Source of the DNA: Gnetum montanum | Lineage: Eukaryota; Plantae; Gnetophyta | DNA: 64,000 nucleotides | Direction: 5' to 3' | Assembly (NCBI GenBank): GCA_015680685.1 | Contig: MNCI01003262.1 | Coordinates: 32,020 to 96,019 of the forward strand | In this document: positions 12,211 to 24,800 of the stretch, in pieces | Position numbering within the stretch: the first letter of the stretch is position 1 | Layout: each line of letters opens with the position of its first letter | Made by a program: the position numbers and the translations under genes | Notes under the pieces: model-generated | Seen by the model: only the letters and a program-made list of their open reading frames with translations | What the model was told of the DNA's origin: nothing | The model's database searches: none

Positions 12211-14377
12211 TGTGTCTTATCGGTGTGCTATTTAACCGTTATATACTTTGTAGGGTAGACAATTCCATGATACATTTGCCTTAGAATTGAATTGAGTCCA
12301 TCAAAAGAGGGAACAAGATTAAAAAGTATCACCACATTGAGCCTCAACCTCAATGCTTATCTAACCAAAAGGAGTTTGGAAAAGTCAATGGAGCTTGATT
12401 GCTTATCCTACCAAGCATAAGGTTAAAAAGGATTACCAAAGTTTCAATGCTCTTCTAATTATAATGATTTGACTAGGATTATTAATTTTTGTAGGAGAGG
12501 AAGATCCAATAGAAAATGAAAGTAGAAATTAGTGTTGTGTTAGTCCACTTCTTAATATAAGGTTTAATATTTAAGTTAACAATACAATTTCTTTATTGGA
12601 CTTAATTGATACTTCCTCTAGAAAAAATATTCACAAAAATTTGTGACTAGCATCTTTTTTTACTGAGTAGGAAATGACAAGCATTAAACAAAAGTTGCAA
12701 AAATTAAACAAATGTTCTTTACAATAACAAAAGTTTCAAGAATTATGAAGATTGTAATATGTGATTGATTAAATATAAGTCTTCTTGCCTATTTATAATG
12801 TCAATTTCTTTTTATGGTTAAAAAGATTGAGTGTTATACTGTTGCTCTTGAAAGCATTGTATGGCACTATCCTTAAAGTCCCAAGTTAGCAAGGTAAGGA
12901 GGGTAAATTCAAGATGGATTACACCTTAAAGATCACAATACCTGCGAGTGTATACTCATGTTCATGTTAGTCTACATGTTAGGAGTGTAGCATGTATACC
13001 TTTGGTAATTATATAAATGACAAGACCAACGAGACAGATGCACACATAATCATATAAAGTACTCACATGTACATATAGATATCATTCTCCTGAAGAGAGT
13101 TAAGACACATTCCTATAATAACATATCTAGCCTTAAGCCCTTATTTTGTAGAAAAGGGGTGGCATCCAAGTTAAAGAAGCTAAAGACTTTAAAACAAGCC
13201 TATAACTTTATGAAAAAATAGCAAAAGATTTAATTAACTCAACAAAACATGAAACTTTAAAATATTTTTCAAATTCAATATCAAAATTTGGAGTCTATTT
13301 ATAGATTATCAACATTACATGTGTATATATAAATGACCCTATAAAGCATGGTGCACCATTTAAGCATTGCCTAACTTAATAAGTAGAAAACAATGAAAAT
13401 AATACTTGACATAAATGATTTGAATGTTATGTTTTTGCATCACATTGTTTAATTTTGAATTGAAACTTTGATTACAAGAAAGTCATCCAAAATTTGAATG
13501 AACGTGTATTCTGATATGAAATTAGCTACATGGGACTTATGTTCATCATCGAGGAGAAAAAAATCAAGTGTCTTAGTTATATCAAGTTAGTAGAAGAAGG
13601 CATTTTATATTTTTGCTCACGAGCTTGTAAATATGCCTTCTCAAAATTAATAGAAATTTTTGCATCAATAGAAGAATAAGAGATTTTGTCATTAATTGAA
13701 GAAATTGGAGATAATATAGAATTCCCATAGGGGAATTCTATAAAGATTAAATTTTTTAGAGAAAAATTAGATCCACTAGAAAAAAACTCAAATTTGTGAG
13801 ACAAACATCAAATTTGTTTGACATTGTTTTTAAGTGGTTTGTCATTCAATGTAACAACATTACCCTTCCCCTCTTCTCCCACAAATTTGCATCACCACAA
13901 ATGAAGGAACTAATTATCCTTATATTATGTTGGAATCATGACATGTATTTGTAAATGGTCCATATGGTTTATCTATCTTATATATCATATAAACCTTATA
14001 CATAAATGATTTGTGTTTGAGGTCTTGGTGTAACATTCCATAGATATTGTAAGCTGCTTATTGCCAGGGTAGGAAGGTGGTGTTTTTATAATTTTTATGT
14101 ATTTTATAAATAAATAATAAAATAGAAAAAAAAAGAGAAATAAAACACACCCTTGTGTTGCGATCCATTTCAAGATAGGTGTAATGCAGAAATCTAACAC
14201 ACATGCAAACTGTGTTGCAATTCCTTATGAGGTAGGTGTACACTGACACATGAAAATGATAAAATATCCTTAATCACATCCTTGATGGCCTAATATCATT
14301 GTAGACAAGTATGACCTCATTGGACAAAGTCAAATCATCACAAGTTCCACATAACTATGTTAATCTATCTAAAAGAT

Positions 14378-17300
14378 TTTTTATTTTTTATTTTTTGGAA
14401 AAAAATTCAAGATGTATTAGTCTAAAAAACATTAAGGAGTTGTACAAGGGCATATACCCTAGGCAAAGTCATTTGGCCCCATTCAAAATCAATCAACAAG
14501 AGTATCTCCCATAACCACTGTGTTCCCTAACATCCCCCAAAACCTAACCTCCAAAACCCAGCAACCCTATAGACCCTACCTTATCCAATCACCATTCCCA
14601 AGGATGCCTCATGGTTGCTCAACCATAGAATGCCTGCCCATCCCAACCAGCTCCCTAGCACCCCCCATGTTGCTACTTGAACATTGGCCTTTTGACACTC
14701 TCTCGTCATCCAAACTCTAAGAGACTTCCACCTCCTCCGTTAACTATGGAATTCCAACCAGCAATAGCCACCAACCCTCCTACATCCAACTTGTCTCCAT
14801 CCTTTTTTTGTTCTCTTCCTTTAGATATGTCAACTCTGCACGGTGGCCCTTCACCATATCCTCCATCCACTATAAGTCTCGGATCCTTTGGCTATCTGCC
14901 TGCCTCTGTGCCTCCTCCTGCATTCCTGCCAACACAATCGCCATGTCATCCTCTCCTCTTATAGAGTGTGTTTTATCGTGATGCGACATGCCTTCGCAAC
15001 ATTTGGAAAATCCAGCCACCATTTTGACCCTGCCTCCCATGATGACCCTATCTATTCTTTCCATCTTGGCTCTGAAGAGGCCCCACCTCGCTCTTCCTTC
15101 TCTAATCCTTCCGCCATCTACAACTACAATTTGTGAGCCCTCCTACTCTGTCTCTAGTAGACCAGTGAAGGCTCTAGCCACAAAACCGCTCTCCTCAACC
15201 TCTAAAGTGTCAAAATCACCCCCGGGTGCTACCTTGGCTATCACCTTTGTAGTAACTCTCGAAAAAACCGATGTAAGTCAATCTACATGTCATGTCTCAT
15301 GCATTGCAAAAAGCAAAATGGACACCCGCAAGCTTGTGAGGGTACCTAGATTACATGAAGTATCACTCCACAAAAACCACCGCATCTTATCCCTTCTAGC
15401 ATTGACTTACGGATGTGTTTGCTGCTCATCTAGTTAACTGTGTTCTTGAAGAATTCAATGACATCAGTCTAGGTGTAGACCATTGGTATGATAATCTCCC
15501 CCTCTACCAGAACCCCCAGCACCTTTGCCAGTGCCCCCTTGGTGAGCTTAATTTGCCTTCCTCAAAATTGCATTTCTTCCCTCATCCAATTGTTAAAAAA
15601 ACTTGTCATGGACAACCCTAGCTTCCCCTTGATGTTTTTCAACATGTTGACCTAGCCCATTCTCTCAATTAATGCCCAGAGGTCCCTGTTTCCAACATAT
15701 TTTGTCCACATTGACTCAAATAGCTACCCCTGCCCCATAGTTGTAATTGCGTCAACCCACAGCTAATGCCCAACCCTAGCCACAATCAATCATGTGGGTA
15801 GCCTTTTCCCATAGAAAATGAAGTGGTTCCTACCCTTCCATGTTGCCCATAAGATTACAAGCGCTTTAGAATCTCTGTTGATAGTTGTTATGGGCACTAG
15901 TTTGGCCTTCCTCCAAACTTCCTACATAAATTGACATCCATATATAAAGTGGTTAAGCATCTCAAGCTCCGCAACATAGAGAAGGTAGGTGGCAATCACA
16001 TTCATCCCCTGCTCCTACAAGACAATCCTAAGAGGTAGCACCCTATGTTTTATAAGCCATTTAAAAGCTTTGATCTTCTGGGGTAGCCTACCCCTCCAGA
16101 CCTTGTTCCATCCCTCAATTGGTAGTTGCATTGTCTTAATCACCTCATTCAGAGGCTTCCCCAATAGGTCCTTGGCCTCCATTGCTCTGATATGATTGCA
16201 TATGTTCTTCCACAATTGTGAGCTCCTTGTATCAACTTCCCAATAGCGGTATTTTTGCCTTAGTAGTCTCATCCATAGTGTCGACCCATCCACCTAGCCC
16301 ATAAACCTATCAACCAGCCTTTGCATTTCTAGTGTAATCTCATCTTGGAAGGACAATAGCCCAATTCCCGCCATCGATTTTGGGCATGCTATCTGGGCCT
16401 TTCCACCAAACCACATAAATCATCAGATAATTTAGTCAATCTTTTGCATGACCCTAACTAGCAGTACCACCATCAAAGTCATGAACCTAGTAGTAGCCAT
16501 AAGCACTGTCAACGCCAAACATCATCTTCCCTTTTCAGGATAATAATTGAGTGGTCCAATGTGTGGTTTTTATCTATAATTGCTTCACCAACCTCAACCA
16601 TGTTCTTTGCTTTTGCCATTCAAAAATTGACATCCCCAAGTAAGTGTCTTGTATCCTACTCAACAAGATCCCCAGTAGCTAGACAATCCTTTCCCCCATA
16701 GCTCCCTATGTGTTGATCAAGTGGATAGTCGATTTCCCCTTATTAATCTTGACCCCCAACTTGCATTGCATTCTTTCGAGCATCCTCTTCAATGCCACTG
16801 CTTACGACATAGCCACCCTAGCAAACAAGATCATATCATCGACAAATGTGCCGTCAGACATTGGACCCCTATGACATTAAGCCCCTACATACCCTTGATA
16901 GGATAATAACTCTAAAGCATATCTGTCACCAAGATAAATAATAGTGGTGACAGGGGGTCTCCTTGTCTCAGCCCTCTCTCTGATGCCTGGAACCCCCAAA
17001 GCCTCCTATCAATATCAAACAAATACCGACTATCACTTTGCATCTAAATACACAAAATTACGAACCTATGGTTAAAGCCCTTTAGCAGCATTATCTCTCT
17101 TAATGCTGCCCAACTCACTGTATCATATGCCCTAGTTATGTCCAATTTAATACACATTCCAAGAAACTTGGCCTACTTAAGAGAGTGCAGAATCTCTTGC
17201 AATAGCAAGACCTAATCTTGCAAAAAACGACCTTTAACAAACCTAGCCTAGTGTTCTTCCATTAATTTTCATTAGAGGTCTCAGACAATCGACAAGCATT

Positions 17301-17875
17301 TTAGAAAATAGTCACAACAGAGTATTACAAACATCGATAGGTTTGAAATGAGTCGACAAGGTTGAATGGGGCACCTTAGGCAACAACACTATGCACAAAC
17401 AATTGATCTCTCTTCTAACCTATTGCCAATTGAGCATATAATTAAAGACATCCAATAGATTTGCCCCCATAACATCTTCAAATGCCCAAAAGAATTCTAT
17501 AGGCCACCCATCCAGTCCTGGCGCCTTGTTGGTCTACATTGAGCTCATTATAGCAAGTAGTTCTGATCTAGAGAACGATCGCAGCAAGTGCTGATATTTG
17601 ACACTAATAGGACCTGTGGCACCGAAATGGAGATTTTCTCTGATTCACGCCTCTGCCAGATATCCTCCCAATATTTGCACATCGCCTCCAACCTATACGG
17701 ACCTCGATTCAGCCCTTCCTTAACAACACCCTCAAGCAAACTCTGAAACTTCATCTTCATTGCCCTTCTTTCTTTGGACATGGAAAAGAAGAAACACGTG
17801 TGCCTATCTCCTTCCCATAGCCAAGTAATCTGCAACCACTGCTGTCAATACCCTTCCTCCTCCTTGTCCAACTCC
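14378..17875 (-). mobile_element. 5'-truncated L1-type LINE with ORF2 C-terminal extension (copy A)
   Basis: RT (GLRQGDPLSPLLFIL; HLSMI..) and zf-RVT (WRGRLPQKIKAFKWLIKHRVLP), then ILWATWKGRNHFIF continuing in frame into DLWALIERMG*VNML..FFNNWMREEMQF*GRQIKLT. A-rich tail at about 14378-14397. Confidence 0.88.
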
Positions 17876-18339
17876 TATATAAAAGAATTAATTTAATTAT
17901 AATATATAAATTTAATAAATAATTTCATTAATAAGATACTATCAAGGTTCAATAAAATAAAATTAGAAAATTAAATGAAATCAAATTGAGCTTTATTCAT
18001 TATGCAAACACTTCACTTTACATCAACCAAATGATTTTGGGTTGTGAAAGTATGATAACACTCCAACAAAGTCTCACTATATGATGAAGCAACAGATTAG
18101 AAAATACAACAAAAATAAATTTCATACTTACCCATGTGAGGAGGTGAAGCTTAGAAATAAAAAATAATTATAGGCTTTCCCCTTTAATATTTATAGTTTT
18201 TAAACTTGTAACATAAGTGGTTTGTTGACACCATGGTGTTGACACACTAGGTGTAGTAACACCAAGGTGTTGATATACTAGGTGTTGTGATGCACCAACA
18301 ATGACAACACTAGGATGATGCCACTAGACATGTGTCACC

Positions 18340-19698
18340 AATGATGTGCAAATAAACTTTGAAATGAGCTTAAACAATAAGTTTAAGTGCACAAGAAGAG
18401 TTCAATGCATCTTGGCTTATGAAGAGATACAAAATTGTCCTCGGATGCCTCATCAACCATGTAGGTAAGATTCAATGTGATGATTGAAACAAGCTCCAAG
18501 AACATAGTATTGATGAATAGAAGCATTCTTGAAGAATCATTAATTCTAGAAGTTAATCAAGGATGAGAACTTGCTCTATTGGAAAACTAGTAAAACATTG
18601 TAGATACTACTAGCATTCCATGTGGATGATATACTACTTACTGGAAGAGATCAATAGACACTAAATAATTTTAAATTAACCTTGAAACAAAACTTTAAGA
18701 TTTTTGACCTAGGATTGCCACATTACTACCTAGGTTTAAAAATCAACTAGGACAAGGAAAGACAATTATGGCTCAAAAAAAGCATGTGATGGAGTTACTA
18801 GAAGACTATAACTAAAATTGAAATTGAAATGTTTACTTACATCCACTAGATCCCTTGGATTTATTAGCTAAGTTTCAAAATTCCTTTTACGGAATTATTT
18901 TTAAAAACTTATAACACAATGCTATCCAATAGTATTGAACCTATGACCTAAAGTTACTAGGCTAAGACCCTTACCACTAAGCTAACACCTCATTATTACA
19001 TTATATAATATTCATAATACCAATATCCTTAGAATTTAAATTTAACACAAGAGAATTAGAAATAGATCCAACCTAATATCAATAACTAATTGGATCATCA
19101 ATGTACCTTACTAATACACGATTAGACATCCTATATGTAGTAAATATGTTAGTAATACAGATGCAACAATGCCATGGAAGCATATATGAAGGCTTGTATG
19201 AACATTTTGAAGTACATAAAATGTATGATAAATATTGGATTCTTGTACATAGATGATAAACAACTTTAGATGATTGCATACTGAAATTTTGACTAGGCAA
19301 AATATCCAACTAGCAAATAATCACACATTAGAGTTATGATACAATTTGAATCATGAACATTAAATTGGATTAGTGTTAAATACAAGAGAGTATCAATATC
19401 CTTTCTGGAAGTTGAATATCATGCAATGCAATAGACATTGAAAGATTTAATGTTGTTTGACTAACTATTTAAAGAAATTGGAATCCAATTGCCAAACCAA
19501 TCATATTGCATTATATAATTTACCATGAATGGAGCAAACATATTAAAGTTGAGATGCATTTCTTATGACAATTAGTATGTGCACACCAAATTTCATAACA
19601 TAGATAGATTGACCAAAACATTTTCAAAAGAAGATTTCTTATGATTTTGAGAATCCCTAGTGTTAGGGAAATCCTCTAACTAAGGAGTGAGGAGGAGT
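18340..19698 (+). mobile_element. Ty1/copia RT-RNase H remnant
   Basis: ILLAFHVDDILLTG...FKIFDLGLPHYYLGLKI (18604-18745); YQ*LIGSSMYLTNTRLDILYVVN (about 19077-19150); EVEYHAM; HEWSKHIKVEMHFL; purine tract GAGTGAGGAGGAG at about 19685-19697. Confidence 0.8.
18926..18991 (-). mobile_element. tRNA-derived SINE head (pol III A/B boxes) inserted in the copia remnant
   Basis: The minus strand reads GAGGTGTTAGCTTAGTGGTAAGGG...GGTCATAGGTTCAATAC. This has an A-box TAGCTTAGTGG and a B-box-like GGTTCAATAC at tRNA spacing, but no good cloverleaf. Confidence 0.5.
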
Positions 19699-20149
19699 AN
19701 CAATTTTTGCACCCTTTCAATAGCTTGTTAATTTTTTATACTAAGACCTGGCCCCCATATCGTACATCAATACAATACTATAGGATAAATAACAACTTTA
19801 AAAAATTGTTTTCTAACCTTCCAAGCCCACAATCCTAATGATTTGCATTTGTTTTTAATGGCATGTAGAGCCTTAATTCCTTCTGCTANCAAATAGTGAT
19901 GAAAGAATAAGTATAGGAGAAAAGTGAGCAACAATAATTGATAAATGTTAGTCAAGAAGAGTCATGTGACCAAAAATGGAAATGATGCAATGTTACGAGA
20001 GTGCAAAATAGCCCAAAAACTCCAAAAGAAGACCATGAGAGTGAATTGTAACACAAAGAAATGCACAAAGATGTTGCAAAAGATGAAGTAGAATTGAAGA
20101 CTTCTATTGTAGATATATGGGAAGCAAGTTGCCTTGGTTCACAAACATG

Positions 20150-21200
20150 TGGATCAAGATTCATATTATATAAATACAAATAATATTTTTAATTTTGGAG
20201 CTACAAATATAGAAATAGTGAACTCTTTTAGGTATCTAGCTCTCCATTATGTAAGCAATTACAAATGGAATAATTATGTCAAGGAGTCAAGGAGAGAATA
20301 GCAGAAGGAATTAAGGCTCTACATGCCATTAAAAACAAATGCAAATCATTAGGATTGTGGGCTTGGAAGGTTAGAAAACAATTTTTTAAAGTTGTTATTT
20401 ATCCTATAGTATTGTATTGATGTACGATATGGGGGCCAGGTCTTAGTATAAAAAATTAACAAGCTATTGAAAGGGTGCAAAAATTGTTTTTATTAGAGGA
20501 ATTGAAGGTGAAGGTACAAACACCTTATCATGTGTTACTTTTGGAATGTGTTTTACTCCCATTAAAAGCTAAAGCTCTTTGTTTATTGAGCAAGCTAAGT
20601 TTTCCATAGTAGTTCTTGAAGACACAAAAGAACAAGGATGGTATTGTTAAGAAATATAATGGTTAAAAACATGGAATCTCTCATTGAAAGTAGTGCAACA
20701 TAAACCTAACACATATGCAAGTCAGTTAAATCAAAATTTTCCTATCTTATAGCTATAATTTCAATTAGACCTCATAGCTTAACCAACAAGCTTTGTTTGA
20801 GTCCATATGACTTAGGATAGAAAGTGGGGGATGGATTTATATTCCTAGAGAAAAATGCACATGAAGACTTTGTAGATCAATAGCTATTGAGGATGAGTAC
20901 TTTATGGATCATCTCCACCAAAAATATAATTGTACATAAAAAAGCTTGTATGGCTTATTTTTTTGGTTACATCTAATGGTGCTTTTTACTATTTTGTTGA
21001 ACTATTTTTATTTTCAATGAGGTGAATGTACTTTTTGTCCAATCTATCATTTTGTTCTACAGAAATAATAAAATCTTGAGTTTCAGTTTTAGTTTCCTAT
21101 TATTTGAAATATTTATAGTTTCATATAACAGTTGTATATATATTTCAATGTTTACAAAAGAAATTTGTTATTTTGATTTTCTCATTTACCATGTTAAAGA
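20150..21200 (+). mobile_element. Degenerate non-L1 LINE 3' part (RT C-terminal region, RTE/RTEX/CR1-like)
   Basis: IEIVNSFRYL...AEGIKALHAIKNKC..KQFFKVVIYPIVLY*CTIWG matches the FKYLG...PxLLYGxExWG pattern of such LINEs. Confidence 0.55.
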
Positions 21201-21819
21201 TCTTGGTATAAACATATGTTAAGTTATAATCCTCAAGATGTCTTGGACCCCATAGCCTACATGTGTGTTCTTTTCTAGAAATTTACATCCATCTTGGTAA
21301 ACTTTTGAGTTTAACTTATTACCTCTTGAAAGTTTAACCCATTGTTGAGCCAACTTATGGAAATACTTTAGATTACTTTGTATCATCTCCGATGACATCT
21401 CAAGTCTTCAACCATTTTATCCTTGTATAATGCCATCCCTATTCCTTTATATCTTCAATAATTACTCATAAAATTTTAATTTTTACCATTGTTTGAATGC
21501 AAGCAATGAACTAAAAGCATGAAATAGCGTACAATTCATCAAGGAATTCAATGATCATCAAATTTCTGGATAAAAAAGTAGTGAATTTCATTTCCATTCT
21601 TGTAAATTTTGCTTCGAATTTGATTTATGCGTTCTATTCTTGCTGTGATATTTTTGTTTTGTGCACGTTCATGTGATTTCAGCCTGCAACTTAACAACAT
21701 TTCCGTGAAAACTGTTGCTTTTGATGACCTAGGTTCCACGGCAGGTAGACGCAGAGTATAGAAGGTAAAGCGGCCGATTGCGAAGAGTAAAGCAGAGGAG
21801 GGACTTGAACTTCAACTTG

Positions 21820-24800
21820 ATGGAGCTGAGGCGTCGTGTGCGAGGCGAGGCAGATGGAGATGAGCATGAACATGATTTGCACTTTGTTGTTCCTGAGCAG
21901 GAGCAGGAAACAGCAACATCAGGAGGAATAAGAAGAAGCAGTGGCAGCGGCATTATTGACAATGACGTTGGCTGGATTTTGCCTTTGATGTTTCTTTTGG
22001 TCGTCCGCATCTTGGGCGCATTTGCCAACATCATTCATGACTGCGACGAGGTCTTCAATTACTGGGAGCCTCTCCATTATCTTCTCTACAACTCCGGCTT
22101 CCAGACATGGGAATACAGGTAGCTTACCTTTCCATCTGGCCTTTCACATCATCTTTAAAACACTTTCGTTTTTCGTAGCAAATTGTCTTGCCATGACTGT
22201 CCCCTTAGTCGAATCTATGACGATAATGACAACAGCACTGCCATTTTCGTTTTCTGCATTTCAGTGCTCAGTTTGCTCTACGTTCGTATCTATATCTTTT
22301 ATTTCATGCACTGTTCGCTGCACCAGCTTCCTGGTTACTTGGCGCGGAAAAGAGGGTAATTCTACCAGGCGCCATCATCGATGTTTCGAGATCACAAAAC
22401 GATGATTCTTGATTTTGACCAGGCATGTCTTTGATCATGCTTTGCAGATTTCGGTATTTTACTTTATGAGGCTTATTCTAGGTGCTTTATCTGCAATATC
22501 GGAGACAATTTTGGTAGTAGCTGTTTCTCGAAAATATGGTAAGAGGCTGTCATGGACGACCTTGGTGCTTCTTGCCTTCACAACAGGTTGCTTCGCTGCT
22601 AGTACCAGTGAGTTACATTCTCTTTAGCTTCATTCTTTGGAGCGTACTATTTTTTAGTTAATACTACAATCGTATAAATACATTGCATTTTCGACAAAAT
22701 TACTGAATGTATGACCTTATCATACATACTTATTCCTTCTTTTCTCCAGGTTTCTTGCCCAGCACCTTTTCGATGTATACTTTGACCCTTGCATCCGCCA
22801 CGCTGTTGTTTGATAGGCCTGCACTTGCTGTGGCAGTCGCTGCATTTGGGGTACTTGTTGGCTGGCCATTCTCATTTTTATGCTCCGTGCCCCTGGTCAT
22901 TTATTCTTTGACACATGGAAATTTCAGTAGAGTGTTTCTTAGTGGTGCTGCAACTACAGTTATTGTGATGGTTGGTAACGCCCCACTTCAGTAGTTTACA
23001 TAGACTTTCCTTTACAGTGTGCTGCTCTTTGACATCTTTTATATATGGTGTTGCAGGCCCTGTCAATTTTAACTGATTATTATTTCTATGGGAAATGGAC
23101 ATCATCTGTGATTAATCTTCTAACATATAATGTTCTTTCTGGAGGAGGGAAAAGCCATTTATATGGAGTGGAAGGCCCATTATTTTATTTCAAAAATTGC
23201 TTCAACAATTTCAATTTTGCATTTTTGATAGCCCTTTTATTCTTTCCAGTGATGCAGCTGACCAAGAAAAGAGACTCTACTCCACTAATGGTTGTGGTAT
23301 CCCCTGTTTACATATGGCTGCTATTTATGTCCTTACAGGCTCACAAAGAAGAAAGGTAGAACTTGTTCAAGCGTTTTTGTATTTTCCTGGGAATTCAATT
23401 TATCATTTTTGAGCAACTATACTTTATTTCATTATGCAATGACTTAACTGGTAACTTCTAATTTCTGATTTATACAGAAAAAGCTATTTCTAATTGGAAA
23501 TTATCATGCTATTTATTAAGTTTGGATAGTGAGATTAACAATAACGTGTCAAACAGAATTGAAGCATGATGGATGAAATAGTGAGAAGCTGTTAGCTAGT
23601 AGCGTGCTTTGTGACAGGAGAATCCCTGCAAGGCTGAAGGGAATGTTCTATAGAATTCCTATTAGACTGACAATTCTTTATAATGCAGAATGCTGGTGTA
23701 CACATAACATAGATGCAGATTCTAAGGTGGATGTTAGATGTGACTAGGAAAGATAAAATCAATAGCTTTTCTATTAAGGGAAGTTTGGTAGTAGCAGCCA
23801 TTAATGAGAAGGTTAAGGAAAGTTGTCTTAGATGGGTTGGTCATGTGCTAAGAAGGCTAGAGAATGCACCTACTAGAAGAGGTCACTTTATTGAAGTCAA
23901 AGGAAAACATGAAATGGTTAGACTTAAACATGCATGGTTTGCAAACATAAAGAAAGATGCCCAAGATTTGAGTGTTAATGCTTATTTAGCTCTTAGTAAT
24001 AGTAATGATAGAAAAGAATCCATATAGCTAACCCCTTGTAGTTGGGATAAGGCTAGGATGATGATAATGATAAATGCTATTTATTAAGTTGCCAATAATT
24101 GACATTCTTATATTTGTGGAACTAGCATAAAAGCAAATAACTTGTGAGGGATCCATTTTTAAACAATAATTTTATATTAAAACTGAAACTATGTTCATAA
24201 ACCCATAGGATCTCTTAGATAGATGAAATATACATAGTATAGGTAGTAAACACTTCATTAGTAAAGTTACCAAGTTGGTGCTATTTCAAAAAGGTCAATG
24301 AAACTATTATTTGTAATTTGCAATTTGTTGTGAATTTGCTCTAGAATGGACATTCCAGGAATATGTGATGCTCATTTGCAATTGCTCTTTGATTGCATAA
24401 AAGATAGGTTCTCTCTTCTCTTGGAATCTTAACCCTTTTACTTGTTTCAATTCTAAAATAATGCCTTGCTTGGCTAATATGACATTATAGGTGATAGGAT
24501 GTAGGGGCAGACAAATAAGTTGCGTTCTTGTTGATGCCTCCTCTAATGCTACCTAAATAGAATTGTTTCTTTCCTAGTGGGTTATCTGAGATGTGGAAAA
24601 GTCCCTTGTTTTTTATACTCTTACGGAGTTGCTTTATATCACAATGTAAAATCTCCACCTCAATGTTTCATTTTTGAGCCAATTTTTCCCTCATGGAGCC
24701 ACAACTATGCCGATGATACCATGTTCCTTTCTAGGGCAGTAGTTCCCTAGGCATGGAGGATTGATTGGGCTCTTTTACGTTTGGCCTTGGAAATTGGACT

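Noticed and set aside
13577-13804. 75-aa minus-strand ORF with a 12-bp hairpin (13715-13742)
   Set aside because: AT-rich, with no recognisable homology or splice context.
18926-18991. Possible tRNA gene
   Set aside because: It has A/B boxes but no intact acceptor or T stems and sits inside a copia remnant, so it is treated as a SINE head.
19701-20486. Perfect 188-bp inverted repeat (19701-19888 vs 20299-20486)
   Set aside because: It is 100% identical within old decayed sequence, and the first arm is bounded by single Ns at 19700 and 19889. This is most likely a scaffolding artefact.
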